DNA of 64,000 nucleotides from Spironucleus salmonicida (Eukaryota): NCBI RefSeq assembly GCF_000497125.1, contig NC_090596.1, positions 1,550,001 to 1,614,000 of the forward strand, read 5' to 3'. Shown piece by piece: positions 14,901 to 27,240 of this stretch (position 1 is its first letter; each line of letters starts with the position of its first letter). The notes under the pieces were generated by a model. It saw only the letters and a program-made list of their open reading frames with translations, ran no database searches and was not told where the DNA came from. The position numbers and the translations under genes were made by a program.

Positions 14901-15392
14901 TTCTTCTAATGCTGCAATCTTACCAGATGATTGCTCAATGTCAAGGTTTAATTTATCACCTAAAATCTAGGTGATTTTTATTGCATAATCCCCAGAGCCA
15001 GTTCCAGTATTTCTTATTTTTAAGATTTTATGAATTTCTTAATCAGTAGGAATGATTCCAAAGTCAATATCATGAGCTTGTAACTTAACAAATGTTGTGA
15101 TACCATTTAATGCAATAACGTACTTTTCTGTAGGAGTTGCAATAGTAAATGTATCCGCTAGCTCTACATCACCTGCCATAGCATTTAATTCAACTGGAAC
15201 CTGCATCGATAAACCTGGAGCAAGTTAAGGAAGGTTCTAGAATTAAATTCGAAAATTCGAGGTTTTTGGCTATGTTGCACGTATTCTGACAGATTATAAG
15301 GTTGAATTTCTGATGTTCAGAACTTGAATTTATTTTTATGCATTAGCAATGTCATAAAATACTAACTTATCAGTAGAGATTTCAAGCGACAT
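5946..15392 (-). CDS. CFAP47: CFAP47-like giant ASH/Ig-repeat axonemal protein (~3148 aa)
   Basis: Start and stop are in the same frame over 9447 nt. N-terminus MSLEISTDKLVFYD...LNIRN...LAPGLSMQVPVE...IDFGIIP...LKIRNTGTG and C-terminus FSISPERGILEP...LIIETKDIMFIWDVISGYKKYVPP resemble CFAP47 termini, and the length matches. Confidence 0.82.
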
Positions 15393-15507
15393 AATTTTTG
15401 CGGATCATATAAAGTTAGTATTATTGTATAATACTATTAAATATTATTTTCTTTATTATAGAATATTTTATAATAATAATTGAAAATTCCTTCCAGTTTT
15501 CACTTCA

Positions 15508-16266
15508 ATGGAGGCGAGAAGACTGCTGGAAGATTATTTCTCAGATACTAAACTTTTCCTCTTTAAAGAAAACAATGATTTGTATACATCTCATAAAGGT
15601 TTAATCCCTCTTGAATAGGCTGCAATATTAGCGAAAACTAATGTCAATATTTTAAAATCTGCAATAAAGGACTCAAAAACTTTAAAGATCGACGAAAATA
15701 GTTTGTAAAAAATATTACCCCCTTAATAGCCTACTTTAGCATCTTAAACCATTATTTTTGGCCCTTTTAGTAAATTTACACCATAAAAGTTCATAAAATT
15801 ATTTGCGCTAAAATCTGGATAAGTATGTCCAATGTTAGCTAATTCTTATCTTTATGAAGGTTGTAAATTAGTATTTATGATTTTCAGAAGTATTGAGGAT
15901 AAGGCTAAGTTCATTAAAAACTATCCTGAAACTGTTTAAGAAAAGGATTATGATTTTAAATTAATTGATAAAATTTGGGAGGGTGTTGACGTTTATCGGC
16001 CAACTTTGAACAATAAAGATTTTGCAAGAATTCATAAATTATTGAAAGGTAAAAGCGTTTGCTACACACCTTTAGAGAGTAGAATTAGAGGATTAGTTTT
16101 TGAAAAGGATGAAGAGTTAGAAGAACAAAAAGCTGTTAAAAAATAAAAAGAATACGAAAAGAATGAAAAATAGAAATTTGAAAAAAAGAAAGCCAGATTT
16201 GAAAAGAAAGTCGAGGATAAAAGAGTTAGCAAAGATTTTAAACAAGGAAGACAAGACAAAAAGTGA
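15508..16266 (+). CDS. La-motif plus RRM-like RNA-binding protein (La/LARP family)
   Basis: RRLLEDYFSDTKL...KGLIPLEQ...ILKSAIKDSKTLKIDEN resembles the La motif (EYYFSD...GWVP...ALxxSxxLEvse). An RRM-like segment and a basic tail follow. Confidence 0.7.
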
Positions 16267-16274
16267 AATAACAA

Positions 16275-17306
16275 TCATTCATTCTCCCCCTCTATATTTT
16301 CCCTATAAGTCTCTTCAATACATTCTATATTCTCAAGGTCTCCAATGATTTATATTTTTTCTAGATTGTTTAATTCTTAAATATCTTAATTTTTGATATC
16401 TTAATTTTCAACATATGTACTCGTAATAATTTCTTAATTGCTTGTATGCAATATATTATTATCTTTGATCTATGAAAATTCGTCTTTATCCTGTTAGCAT
16501 TATTATTATTCTTCTACATCCGTTTCTAATTCTAACTTTAACGCACACTCTTCTTCGCCTTCATAAGATTCTTCACTTTTTTAAATATAATCCAATTCGC
16601 CTTATTAAATGCACTACTACGCTAGACTTTCATATCTTATAATGGTGATATCTTATTATTATTCAGATTTTTAATACTCAGTTGGAATACTTATATTGTT
16701 TAAACTCTACTTAATTTCAATATCTTACACTAAAGTTTACCCAGTATGGATGTCGAGATGCAGGTCTTATTCAGTGGTGATTGTTTAGTCATTATTGATT
16801 ATGAGATATGAGTCAGATTAAACTTCATTAGATTCTTAATTATAAGTTATAAATTAACTTCCTGTCTAAATTTCACAATCAATGAACTAATTTTAGTATA
16901 AATTTACCTATATTTCGATATGATTCTACTATTCTTGAATAGTTTTTCTTATTTCCTTACTGGATCTAATTTTTTCTAATATTTACTAATTTTCGACTTC
17001 ATAATCAACAATTTAACGTTAAATTTATAATAAATTTTACTAGATTGTTAATGAATTAGCATAATTATCGTCTTTTTATAAAAGGGTAAGCTTACTGTTC
17101 AATTTAATATTCAATTATTTTTATGAATATATATTAAGTAAACGGTCTGAAATTTATTCTGTATATAAAGTAGATTGATTTGTTCTTTTCTATTAAAGTA
17201 ATATTAATTTTTCGTGTAAGTTCTTTTTCACACGAACAAAAAGTGGGTCTAAACTATTATTTAATTCTTTTTAAGTTTATTGCATTTTCAGGTATATTTA
17301 TTGCAT
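16275..17306 (-). CDS. Hypothetical Q/E/N-rich coiled-coil protein
   Basis: Table-6 ORF MQQIYLKMQQTQKELNNSLDPLFVRVKK...ENIEGENE-TGA. Confidence 0.65.
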
Positions 17307-17345
17307 ATATATAATATACACTTTAAAAAACTTATCTTTATATAA

Positions 17346-19664
17346 ATGCGGTAAATTAAAGTATCCTTAAATTAAACACTTTCATGTGCAAAAGATATTA
17401 CTTAACTGCTAGTCATAATCGAACTATATAAGACACCAAATAATATGGTACATTAATCTAGAAATATTACATTTAATCCATAAATAAAACAAGCATAGGA
17501 ATAGTCTTTCCTAACACCAGAACTTTACTACAATACCAAACCCAAACTTTATTGTTACTTTTAGCTAAAGAATGGTGAAATAGCATCACGAGATTCTAAG
17601 GAAATTAATTTTAGTCAATAAGAAACATTTCAGTTTTAATTAAATTAAATTGTTTTTACTATCGACTTAGGAGAAATGATACCTCTCAAAAACCCAATGT
17701 AAATTGCTAAGTTATCTATGAAATAGTTGAATTTAGAGTATTTTTCTTAAAATTTTGGTCCAATATTTTAAGAATTAAGACTTATATTTAGAATAGGAAA
17801 TTATCTTAATAGCGGAATATTAAGCAATTCTGATCAGGAACTTATTGTTTATACAATTGATAATGTATAACCTAGTATTGAAATTTAGGGTTGTTTAGAC
17901 AATACCTGGGTTAATTTAGTTATTTTAACACTTGATAAATAATCTGTTCCCGCTACTTATTAGTTTGACTAGTTGTTATAATGTACTTAATTTACTAAAA
18001 ATTAAATTAGAGCTATAGATAATCTTAAAAGCATTAAAATAGATGAGCCAGATAAAGAAATGATGCTTTCAAATTATATAGGTAATCATTAGCATAAAAT
18101 ATCATATAAATATAAAACTGCTGAAAAAGTAATTAATGCACTACTCAAAAAATTTGAAAAAGAAAACAAAGGTCTTAACTTTGATTACCAGAAAATTTCA
18201 GAGTAACCATTATAGACAAAAGTTAGTTTTACTCTTCAAATATCTTTGCCATTTTTGGATAAAGAAATTAATAACTATAAGCAGATGAATGTTATATATT
18301 CAGAAAAGGATAATACCATTCAGAAGAAAAAAGATGTTTTAACGCATTGTCTAAAATATGTCAATAAAGACTATCTTAAAAATGCATTTGCACTAGCTGT
18401 ATTTGTTTCTGATGATTAGCTTATAAAAATGATTCCATAATCTTAGGCAAGGCCTGTTAGTTTACAAGGTACAGATGGAAATTATATAATTAGTTTTAAA
18501 AGTGCAGAAACATTCATGTCAGGTAGTTAAGCATCTGGTAATAGTATAGAGGCACCTCTTAATTTATTCGGAACAGTTTTTGCTAGTCCTTTATATTTCC
18601 CTGATAACAAAGTTGAATCTACAATTTCCAATGAGATTCTTTAAGTCATCTCAAATAATAAAACATATATTAAATCCTACAGCACGATTTTAGATATAAT
18701 ATAAGAAAGAAAAGAAGAATGTATTATTTAACTTCTGGCAAGTGATAGATCAACCTTAAATATGTAGATTAAATATTTAGGGGAAATAAAGATAAAGAAA
18801 AAGACTTAACAAGAAGATAAAATATAAGAATAAATTTAGATATAACAAAGACCAAAACAAGCAGCTCCACCATTTATATCCACAGTTTTACCTAAATAAT
18901 AATTCATAGAAAGTATATAGACTGATAACGGAATGAAAACATTGGCTGTTGATGAAGAAGATGTAATTCCAAAACAATTTATTATTGATTCACAAAAAAT
19001 AGTATATTTAGAATAATAACTATTAGAAAAAACAAAAGAAAATATATATCTTTTAAAAGAAAATGAAACTTTAAAATCTACTTAAAACTAGTTGTTTAAT
19101 TAAGAAGTGGATAGAGATAAATCAGATCCGATATTTTTCGAACGTTAAAGCGAAACAATATCTATATCTGATTTGAATATCGCATAATACTATACCGGGT
19201 TAGATTTGATTCCACGTGAAATCTCAAGTAAGTAACAGTTAATGCATTACTTAGCTAATACATGTTCAACTAAGCGGTTAACATATGCAATAAGCAATCT
19301 ATGCAATGAAATAACTCTTATATCAAAGGATGCTTCGAGAGTGAAAGCTAAGAACTAAGAGAATGAAGATGCACTAATTAATGAATAAGAACAGATTATT
19401 TAACATATGGAAAAAAAGATTTATTAATTCTCGTAGTTAATATAATAATTATAAGAATAATAATATAATATTGAAACTTTGGGGTAGTATTCGAATGTAC
19501 ACGCTCTGAAATGCCCTGAGCGTAAAGTAAATTCATAGCGTGGTAATTTTCCACCAACTGTGTTGCCTCCACTTTCTAAACCTGCTATCAATGATATAAC
19601 TTCAGTGGATGACGACATTCAAAAAGCCTTAAGCCTTGCCAAATAAATAAAAATGCAATAATGA
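17346..19664 (+). CDS. Hypothetical protein (~772 aa) with beta-rich (C2-like) N-terminus and coiled-coil C-terminus
   Basis: Table-6 ORF MRQIKVSLNQTLSC...DDIQKALSLAKQIKMQQ-TGA. Confidence 0.7.
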
Positions 19665-19674
19665 TTATAATTTT

Positions 19675-20208
19675 TCACTTCTTCAACGTAACAGCGTTTA
19701 GCTTTATTTTTGTTTAAACTGTTTACCGTTCGCTTGGTGTGATTGCAGCAGTATCCAGAGTTCTAAGATTTGGAATAAGATTAATAACATAAAATCTGAA
19801 TCCTTTTTATAGGACTAATGGATTGCCATGGATAGTCAAGGTGCGAAGTTTTTGGAATGTTGATAAAAATTACAATTTTTCAACATTTTCAATAAGGTTC
19901 CCATGCAAATACAATATTTTAAGATCTGATAATTGTTCTAGACCTGATAAGTTTGAAATCTTATTCTAAGAAATATCTAAATAGAGTAAAGTTTCTGGCC
20001 ACCAAATAGCTTCATTTATCAATTAATGTAAACCAGTTAAACAAGTAAGTTCACAATTAGATAAGCTTAAACCTGACGTTTCAGGCCTTTTTGGCTTTTT
20101 AGCGTCCTAAGGACAACCTACAGGCCGTCTTTTATTACAGTTTGAGTCTTCTGGAAGAAGTTCATCTGGCTACTTAACAGCATAATTAGAAAAGTCAATT
20201 ATATTCAT
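19675..20208 (-). CDS. LRRC51: LRRC51-like leucine-rich repeat protein
   Basis: MNIIDFS...LLYLDISQNKI...LKILYLHGNLI...LRTLTIHGNPL...FRFYVINLIPNLRTLDTAAITPSER: SDS22-like LRRs plus LRRcap, in the LRRC51 pattern. Confidence 0.8.
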
Positions 20209-20269
20209 TTTTAGTTTGCGCGAAATTGTGCAGTACTATAAACTATATAATATATTGAATACTATTTTA

Positions 20270-20887
20270 ATGCCTCCAAAATCAAACTTAACTGCGGATG
20301 AGGAGAAGAAGATTCGTATTTTAAACTATTTTACCTCTTCAAACATGGTATTTTCAGCTGCTACATTAGATACTGTAGCTAAAGCTACTAAAGTATCGTC
20401 TATGATTATCAAAAATCTTGTGCAATCACTTGCCGATGAAAATTTAATTTGTACTGATAAAATTGGAGCTAGTACGAACTATTGGTAATTTTCTGGTACT
20501 GTTTAACGTGAAATTTAGAGTAAAAATGACAAGCTAAGAGCTTAGGCCGAAGCTCTTTAAAAGGAAAAAGACAAATTAATATCTGAGAACCAAAAACTGA
20601 CGGACTAGAATTAACTTAATGGTGACCTAGGAGCATTAATCACAGAATTGAAAGAGATAAAAAGTAAACATGCTAAGATGTCAGAATTGTAAGCTTTATA
20701 CGAAAAAAATTCTCCTGACTTATACATTAAACTTTTACAATGCTATAAAGAAAGCCTTGAACTAATTAATATGGAAACTGACAATATTTTTACTCTGAAA
20801 CGCTATCTAATATAAAAGCTAAATATGGAGAAGAAGCAGGCAGAACAGCTTATTAGGATAAATGGCGACTTCGACTACTACGAGTGA
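20270..20887 (+). CDS. MND1: Meiotic nuclear division protein 1
   Basis: EEKKIRILNYF...SMIIKNLVQSLADENLICTDKIGASTNYWQF, then a coiled coil, then INMETDNIFTL...DFDYYE. Confidence 0.93.
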
Positions 20888-20896
20888 AAATAAATA

Positions 20897-21583
20897 TCAA
20901 TCTTCATAATATCCATCTTTTGATGGAATAGTAGAATCCTTACCCTGTAAATGATCGATTTACAATAGTAAACCAAAGAGTGAATGTGACGCAAAAGCGG
21001 CTTGCAGTTTTCTAGATCCTACCTTCCCTGCAGAGTTTAGAAGCATTGTAATTAGAGTTTTATTTTCTTCTGTGGTAAAAAATGGTTCGTACAACAGAAA
21101 AAGCTACTTTTGGCAGATTTCAGCCGACTATTTCATAGTTTCAGAAATCGCTTTAAAATCAACTTTTCGATCTTTTTAGTTAACTTTAGCAAGTGCAAAT
21201 AATTGGTCCTTTCGTGACTAGGTCCAAAAATCTTTGTCAAACTTGTTAAAATTCTTTACAGAAAATGAGTAGAAAGGTAGCAGCCCTTTCTACGTTACTG
21301 AGTCAGAAAGCTGTTTCTTGATATCAAGAATTGAATTAGATTCAGTCTTTTTCTTCAAGTCCTAAAATGATACTTTCCCTCTAGAATTTAACCATTCTGA
21401 TTCAATTATTTCAACTTATCCCGGTGTTAACTTGGTCTAAAGAGCTAGATGTTTCTATTTAATAATATTTTCTGGAAGACGCAGGATATATGCAACTTTC
21501 TTGTAGTTTATAGTTCCATTAACGGTATATTGGTTTATAGCTTCCAACAGCTTTTTATTATTCTCTTCATTCCATTTCACCAT
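20897..21583 (-). CDS. Myb/SANT-like repeat protein
   Basis: Three degenerate repeats: MVKWNEENNKKLLEAINQY...INYKKVA, FWTQSRKDQLFALA...VDFKAISETM, and FTTEENKTLI. Confidence 0.7.
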
Positions 21584-21623
21584 TTTTTCACTTTAAATTT
21601 AATAATATACAAATGTAATGATT

Positions 21624-22106
21624 TCACTCAAGCCCCTCTTCTATTTATTCATCAACTTTTGCTGGATGACCATCCCAAATCAGATTTTTATTTTTAAACA
21701 GGAAGCAATGAGGGATCCCTTCAACATCACACTCAGTGTTTAGCTTTTATAAGCTAAATTTAGGATCAGATGCAATATTATATTTTGTCATTTCTGGGAA
21801 CTCTTTAACCATAGTTTCAATTACATGGATATTTTCGTTACTAACAGAAATAACCTTGAGCTATTAAAATTTATTCTACAACTAAGATATATGAGGAATT
21901 TAATTTTTACATGGACCACACCAAGTAGCAAAACACTCTAGTAGTATCAAATCGGTTACTTCGAAATCCACTGGTTTATGTAGGAACTCTAACTAAGTCA
22001 AATCTGGAAGTTATATGGTTTTAGGTTTTTATGATTTTTTGAAACCAATAGTACAGACGAACATTGTCAATATTGCCAATATAATTATTTATTCAGTATT
22101 TACCAT
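21624..22106 (-). CDS. TlpA/redoxin-type thioredoxin with N-terminal hydrophobic anchor or signal
   Basis: IIILAILTMFVCTIGF...LLECFATWCGPCKNQIPHI...VISVSNE...VEGIPHCFLF...WDGHP. Confidence 0.88.
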
Positions 22107-22393
22107 TTATGTGGAAGGCAAATTTATTATTATATTTTATTTATACATAAATATTATAATTTTTAAATAATATTTATCCATAATTATCTAAAAATAAAGT
22201 TATATGTGATATAAATTGTATAGAGTCAGTAAAAATCATTAGAACTTAAGCAATGTAATACTTATATACCATCGTTTAGTTGTATTTTTAATCAAATTTA
22301 TTACCGTCCTTATTTTTATTTTGGTGCTATCTTTCTATATGAGATAAATTACTATTATTATATATTTATACTACTACTAAACTACTGTTAGAA

Positions 22394-23644
22394 TCATTTA
22401 TATACTGTCTTTGCATTCATTATTTTTTTATATTAATCAAAATTGCAATATATTTAATCAAGTTAGTCTGCAACATACTAATCTTTTAATTCTTTCCTTT
22501 AATCATTTCGTAAGCTTTTATAAATCCTATCCCCGATAACACTATTATTATTGATTGCTGGTTTTCTTAAGATGGTGTCGAAAAAAATATCATCATTTTC
22601 AAGATTACTGGAGAAATCAACATATTATAAATCTTTGATGACTTTTTTTTAAGGATTTCCATTCTATTTTAAGGTTTATTTTGAATCCTAACCTATTTAT
22701 ACACGCTCTACCAAACTATTAATAACAGAGTTAAATCCAAGATCATAATTAACGCCTTTTATATCTCTCTCTTTATAGAATACATTTCCGCAAAAATGGC
22801 AATATCCATCATAATCAACACTATAAATTGAAATATTATCAAAAATGAAAAGTTTTCGACCATTAAAGCTTCTAGGTATGCTAATAACATTTTCTACACT
22901 TATTTTTATACCCTAAATAGTAAAAATTATACAAAATTCATTATTGTCAACCAAAGCTAAAGCTAAATTTTTTTAATTAATATTTTTCCCCTATCCTTAT
23001 AAAAACTTGAAGGTTTATTTTTAATAAATTCTATTTGAAAGCTAATATAGCTAATTATTAATTTTATCACTATAAACTATGCTAATAATTTTTATAAAAA
23101 GATCTTTATTTTAGAAAGTATTAAAGGCTTTTAAATCCACATAAATAAAGAATCTTGATGTAATAATCAATGGGCTTTCCCCAAAATTCAAAAAAACTGA
23201 TTCTAAAGATGTAGAAAAGGTTTTCCCTGAAAGTGTATTGATTATATAATAGTTAATAGAATCAACTGCTATTATAAATTAATTAGAGTATAATTTTAAA
23301 GACAACAGTTTTTAAGGCTAAAATTCTCTTAAAACAGTGTCCGCATAATAGAAAGTTCCAGCAGATGTTGAAAAAATTAATATTTACGGAATATTCTAGT
23401 AGAAAATAGATGTTGGTGTTAGGCATTAACAATTTAAAATAAGTAAATCTTAGTTATCTTCAAACTTATAGAAATATGTTGTATATCCATCAGTTAACGA
23501 GTAAATGATAGCCTAATTATTTAACACTGCTGCCGTGCATTAAAAGCCATAGGTTTCAATAGATATTAAGTCTATACATTTATTAATAATGAGTTTCTAA
23601 TCGTAACTATAAAGTTTTATTGACTTTGAAGTAAATGATAGCAT
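22394..23644 (-). CDS. Hypothetical protein (416 aa), possible beta-propeller with helical tail
   Basis: Frame checked open from MLSFTSKSIKLYSYD to IMNAKTVYK-TGA. Short beta-strand-like segments throughout. Confidence 0.65.
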
Positions 23645-23749
23645 ATAAATTGTTAATTTATTATATAATATAATAAATATATTATATTTTTCTAATATAA
23701 TCATTTTATATATTTATTAACTGTTCCACTTCATTCCCCATTTCTTCAA

Positions 23750-24508
23750 ATGAACAATCAACTGGAATTCTAAGTTCCCTTGAATCTTTATTATCGTGGT
23801 GCATTCGGTAAGAAAGCAAAGAACGAAAATATAAAAACATGGAATGATAATATGCAACTAATTACGAAACGTCCAATTACTAATTCTTTAGATCTTTTCT
23901 AAATCTTAAATATGATTCCAACATTTGAAGAAGTTCACGACGGATTTTCATATTTCTTTTTCCGTGAAAATGTGAAGCCAGATTGGGACTAACATTTAGA
24001 TTGGTTTTCAATGGAAACTATTTATGAGGTAACTGATCTATTTGCATCTACACAAAAGGCTCAATGGTAAGATATCAAATGTTAGTGCGAAGCCTGTATA
24101 CATAATTTATTACTTATATGGTGTGGATCTGCATATGATAGTACTAGCACATTATAGGGTATTACTATTAAAATAAGAAGAGCTAGAATTACTGTATCCT
24201 GTTGGTATTCTAACTCTAAACATGGAGAACCATTACTAACTTTATTAAAGCAAATGTTTGATTAAGTTAATAATTAGGCTACACTGGCTGATAGCAAGGA
24301 TAAAATAATTAGAAAGTATTTTACATAAGCTCTAAAGGAACAATAAGAAGAATCTTCTAGGAAATCTTCGAAAAATTCATCTCGTGCAGGATCTAGAAAC
24401 TAATCAGCTAATAGATCTGATAGGAACTAAAAATCCGATAGCAGTAAAAGAAATTAGGTTTCTAAGCCTAGAAGGCTTATTCAGGGAGCACAAGACTCTT
24501 CTTAGTGA
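23750..24508 (+). CDS. eIF4E: Divergent eIF4E-family cap-binding protein with S/R/K-rich tail
   Basis: KTWNDNMQLI...SYFFFRENVKPDWDQ...LLLIWCG...LQGITIKIRRARITVSCW corresponds to the eIF4E segments YxxFKxxIxPxWED and GxxxxxRxxxxxIxIW. Confidence 0.85.
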
Positions 24509-24574
24509 ATGAATATGACTGGTAACTGGGAAACCACGCAACTATAACTTGCGAGTCTCTTTTCTATATTCATT
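24508..24574. ncRNA. Candidate structured RNA element (three-way junction on a 9-bp basal stem), family unknown
   Basis: Nested perfect pairings: AATGAATAT/ATATTCATT (24508-16/24566-74), GACT/AGTC (24517-20/24554-57), GGT/ACC around AACTGGGAA, and CGCAA/TTGCG around CTATAAC. Locally GC-enriched relative to the downstream flank. Confidence 0.5.
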
Positions 24575-25579
24575 TAACAGACTAATATTTATAATCATAT
24601 ATATTCTTTTATACAACTTTAATATATATTTTTTAACAATTATTTAGTTATTATTTATGATATTAACAATCATGTAATTTATATTCAATATATTATACTA
24701 TATGCATTAATTTTGTATTATCGTTAATAATTTTAAAATTATTACATTAATCTACAGTATTCTATTATATAAGCTATACTAGTTGAATTATATCAATCTA
24801 TTAAAATTTATCAAGTTTTATACACTATCGTTTTGAACCTACATTTGAATTATTAATTATATCCAGAATTTACACAGGTTGGTATAAATATAAAATTCGA
24901 TAAATCTATCTACATAAAAAATTGTTTTTCATAATCAGATATTTCTTTTGATAAAATAAATAATAAAAATAATATTTTCTCTTAGTCTTTATTAATTTTA
25001 TCTGATTACCTGGATAAATTTATAATAAAAATGAACAATTACTATTATTTTAAATATTTGTTCCAAAAAAGTTAAAAGTTTTGGAGACGTAAGTATTTTA
25101 TAAATCAAAGTAATCACAATAACATCTATTTAATTTTTAGATTACTAAACAACATAATCAGTCTAAATTTAATTTTACAATTGTAGTTATTATTATTAGT
25201 TTACGATCATAGATTCTAAATAATTTTTTAAAAACTTCTTCATATCATAAGAAATATACAACTATACTATTTTCTTAATATAATTTGTCTGCTATGTGAT
25301 ATATAAAACTAAATTTATCATTCTTATTATTATAATTATACTATTTGGCTTATTACATCATCACGTTGAAATCGTATTTCAGTAATATCCTCACTTAGAT
25401 TAATTTAACTACTGATTAACATACACATTAAACTTTTTGGTATATTTTTCTTACTAAAAATTTCAGTTTATTATTCAAATTGTACATGAATTTTTTAACT
25501 TGGAAAGTAAAATTTTATTTTATTTCCCTTTAAATTTATTGATTACAAATTCTCTATTCTATTAGTATCAACATAACAC

Positions 25580-27240
25580 AATGCGCAATTGCTTAAATTT
25601 AAATTTTACACTTTTAAATCTAAAATAACAATATCAGTATTACCAGCTAAGGACAATGATTATAAATCGCTTATACGAGATAAATTTGGAGATTATTTCA
25701 AGCCACAACTTTCGATAATTAAGTCTTTTAATTATTTTGGGAATGCAAATTTATGTATATCAATATTTTAATTATACGATAAATTAAGCGATTTAAGGTT
25801 TTATAAAAATCTTAGATCTGATACTTTTTGAATACCACAATTTGATAAGTTTAAATTAATAATAGAGTTAGGCATAAACCAAAGTTCATTTTAAATATTA
25901 ATATTAGAAGATACATCTAAAGTCTAAAGAAATTAAAGCTTTTCAATTTAGTGTAAGTTTAGAAAATTATTATTTTACACTTTTAGTGTATTTAATGAAA
26001 CTGGCATATTCACAAATGATTCCAGACCTGTTTTATTTAGAGTAAGAAATTTGAGTTATGATGTGCTAAAATTAATAGGCAAAAAATGCTATTTTTATAA
26101 AGAAAAATCAAGGTAAGTTACTGATTAAGGTACTCTATTTAGATTAAAATTAAGATTTTCATTATTAATCAAAATTAATGTATACAGCTATTTTAATAAA
26201 TAGATTGGTGAGCATGATTTAAGTCTTGTACTAGAGAAATTAATGTAATTGAGAGTATTTGGAAGAGTGATAATATCTTCAATATTGGAATTTGTTATCT
26301 CCAAATACTCAATCTAAGAATTAAAAGTTAAGTCCATGAACAATATATCTATATAATTAAGCTAGAGAAATTTGAGGCTACTAAACATATTTAATGATTG
26401 TGTAAACTTAGTTTAAAATTTAGTGATTGCATATGTATTATTAATAATAATTGTTTAGATTAGGGATGGATATATAATTTCAAATTGTTCAAATTGACAT
26501 TGGAAAAAAATTAAATGTTGTAGTTTTGGAAGCGCTACAATAATCTTACCAGAATAATCATATGACAACCTTACAAGGTATAATGCTTGTAGTTTATTCA
26601 AATTCAGAGATAACTACTATCCGTCTTCAATTAATAATTGGCATGGTGGTTAATTTATTAGTGTTACTTTTTCAAATTTTATTAAATTTTATTGATAAGT
26701 TTCTAGGGTGAATTAATTATAAAATTTTTTACTTTGCAGTTAATAAATATAAAATTACTAATTTTGCTGATTTTAAAATTAAAGTGAATGTCTTATTATA
26801 TCAAACACTTTATTTTTCGAAACAAAGTTAACAAATGATTCGATAACGATATTTTATTAAAAAATCTCGGTACTATCAAACTACTCGGGTTGTAATTTGA
26901 ATGAATTATTAAATAACAATTTTTATTCCATTTAAATTTATATAACCTTCGATTTTTAGGGATCTTTACTTTAATTTTCACATAAATCAAATTCTTATCC
27001 ATCAAATGTTATCTATTCCTGAAGAATTTTGGCCATATTTTTTTTTATATTTATATCTTGTCCATATGCTCCTATCATATGTAAATTTTCATCTATATAC
27101 TAAATTTATACAGATTAAGGTGGTTAAAAATTTGTGCTAATACGTTATTATCGAATAGGTGCTTATTTATTCTATGGTTGAATTTAGAAATAAGTTGGAT
27201 CAGACAAACGATCTGCAAAGTTTATCTACTAAACACTGAT
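25580..27240 (+). pseudogene. Possible decayed LRR-like gene remnants
   Basis: Fragments such as QRNLRLLNIFN, LKNLGTIKLLGL, LYNLRFLGIF and FTQIKFLSIKC, interrupted by TGA codons and frame changes. Boundaries are approximate. Confidence 0.25.

Noticed and set aside
22787-22798. TCCGCAAAA-ATG on the + strand
   Set aside because: It lies antisense inside a CDS and opens only an 11-codon ORF. Treated as background, and a reminder that the motif also occurs by chance.
24515-24555. SECIS-like pattern ATGA-N12-AAA...GA after the eIF4E stop
   Set aside because: The required helix II does not pair (several consecutive mismatches), whereas the alternative three-way junction pairs perfectly.
24508-24574. 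Canonical tRNA, hammerhead ribozyme or H/ACA snoRNA call for the structured element
   Set aside because: There is no T-arm or U8, no CUGANGA core, and the pocket is one-sided with the ACA about 19 nt from the upper stem instead of 14-16.
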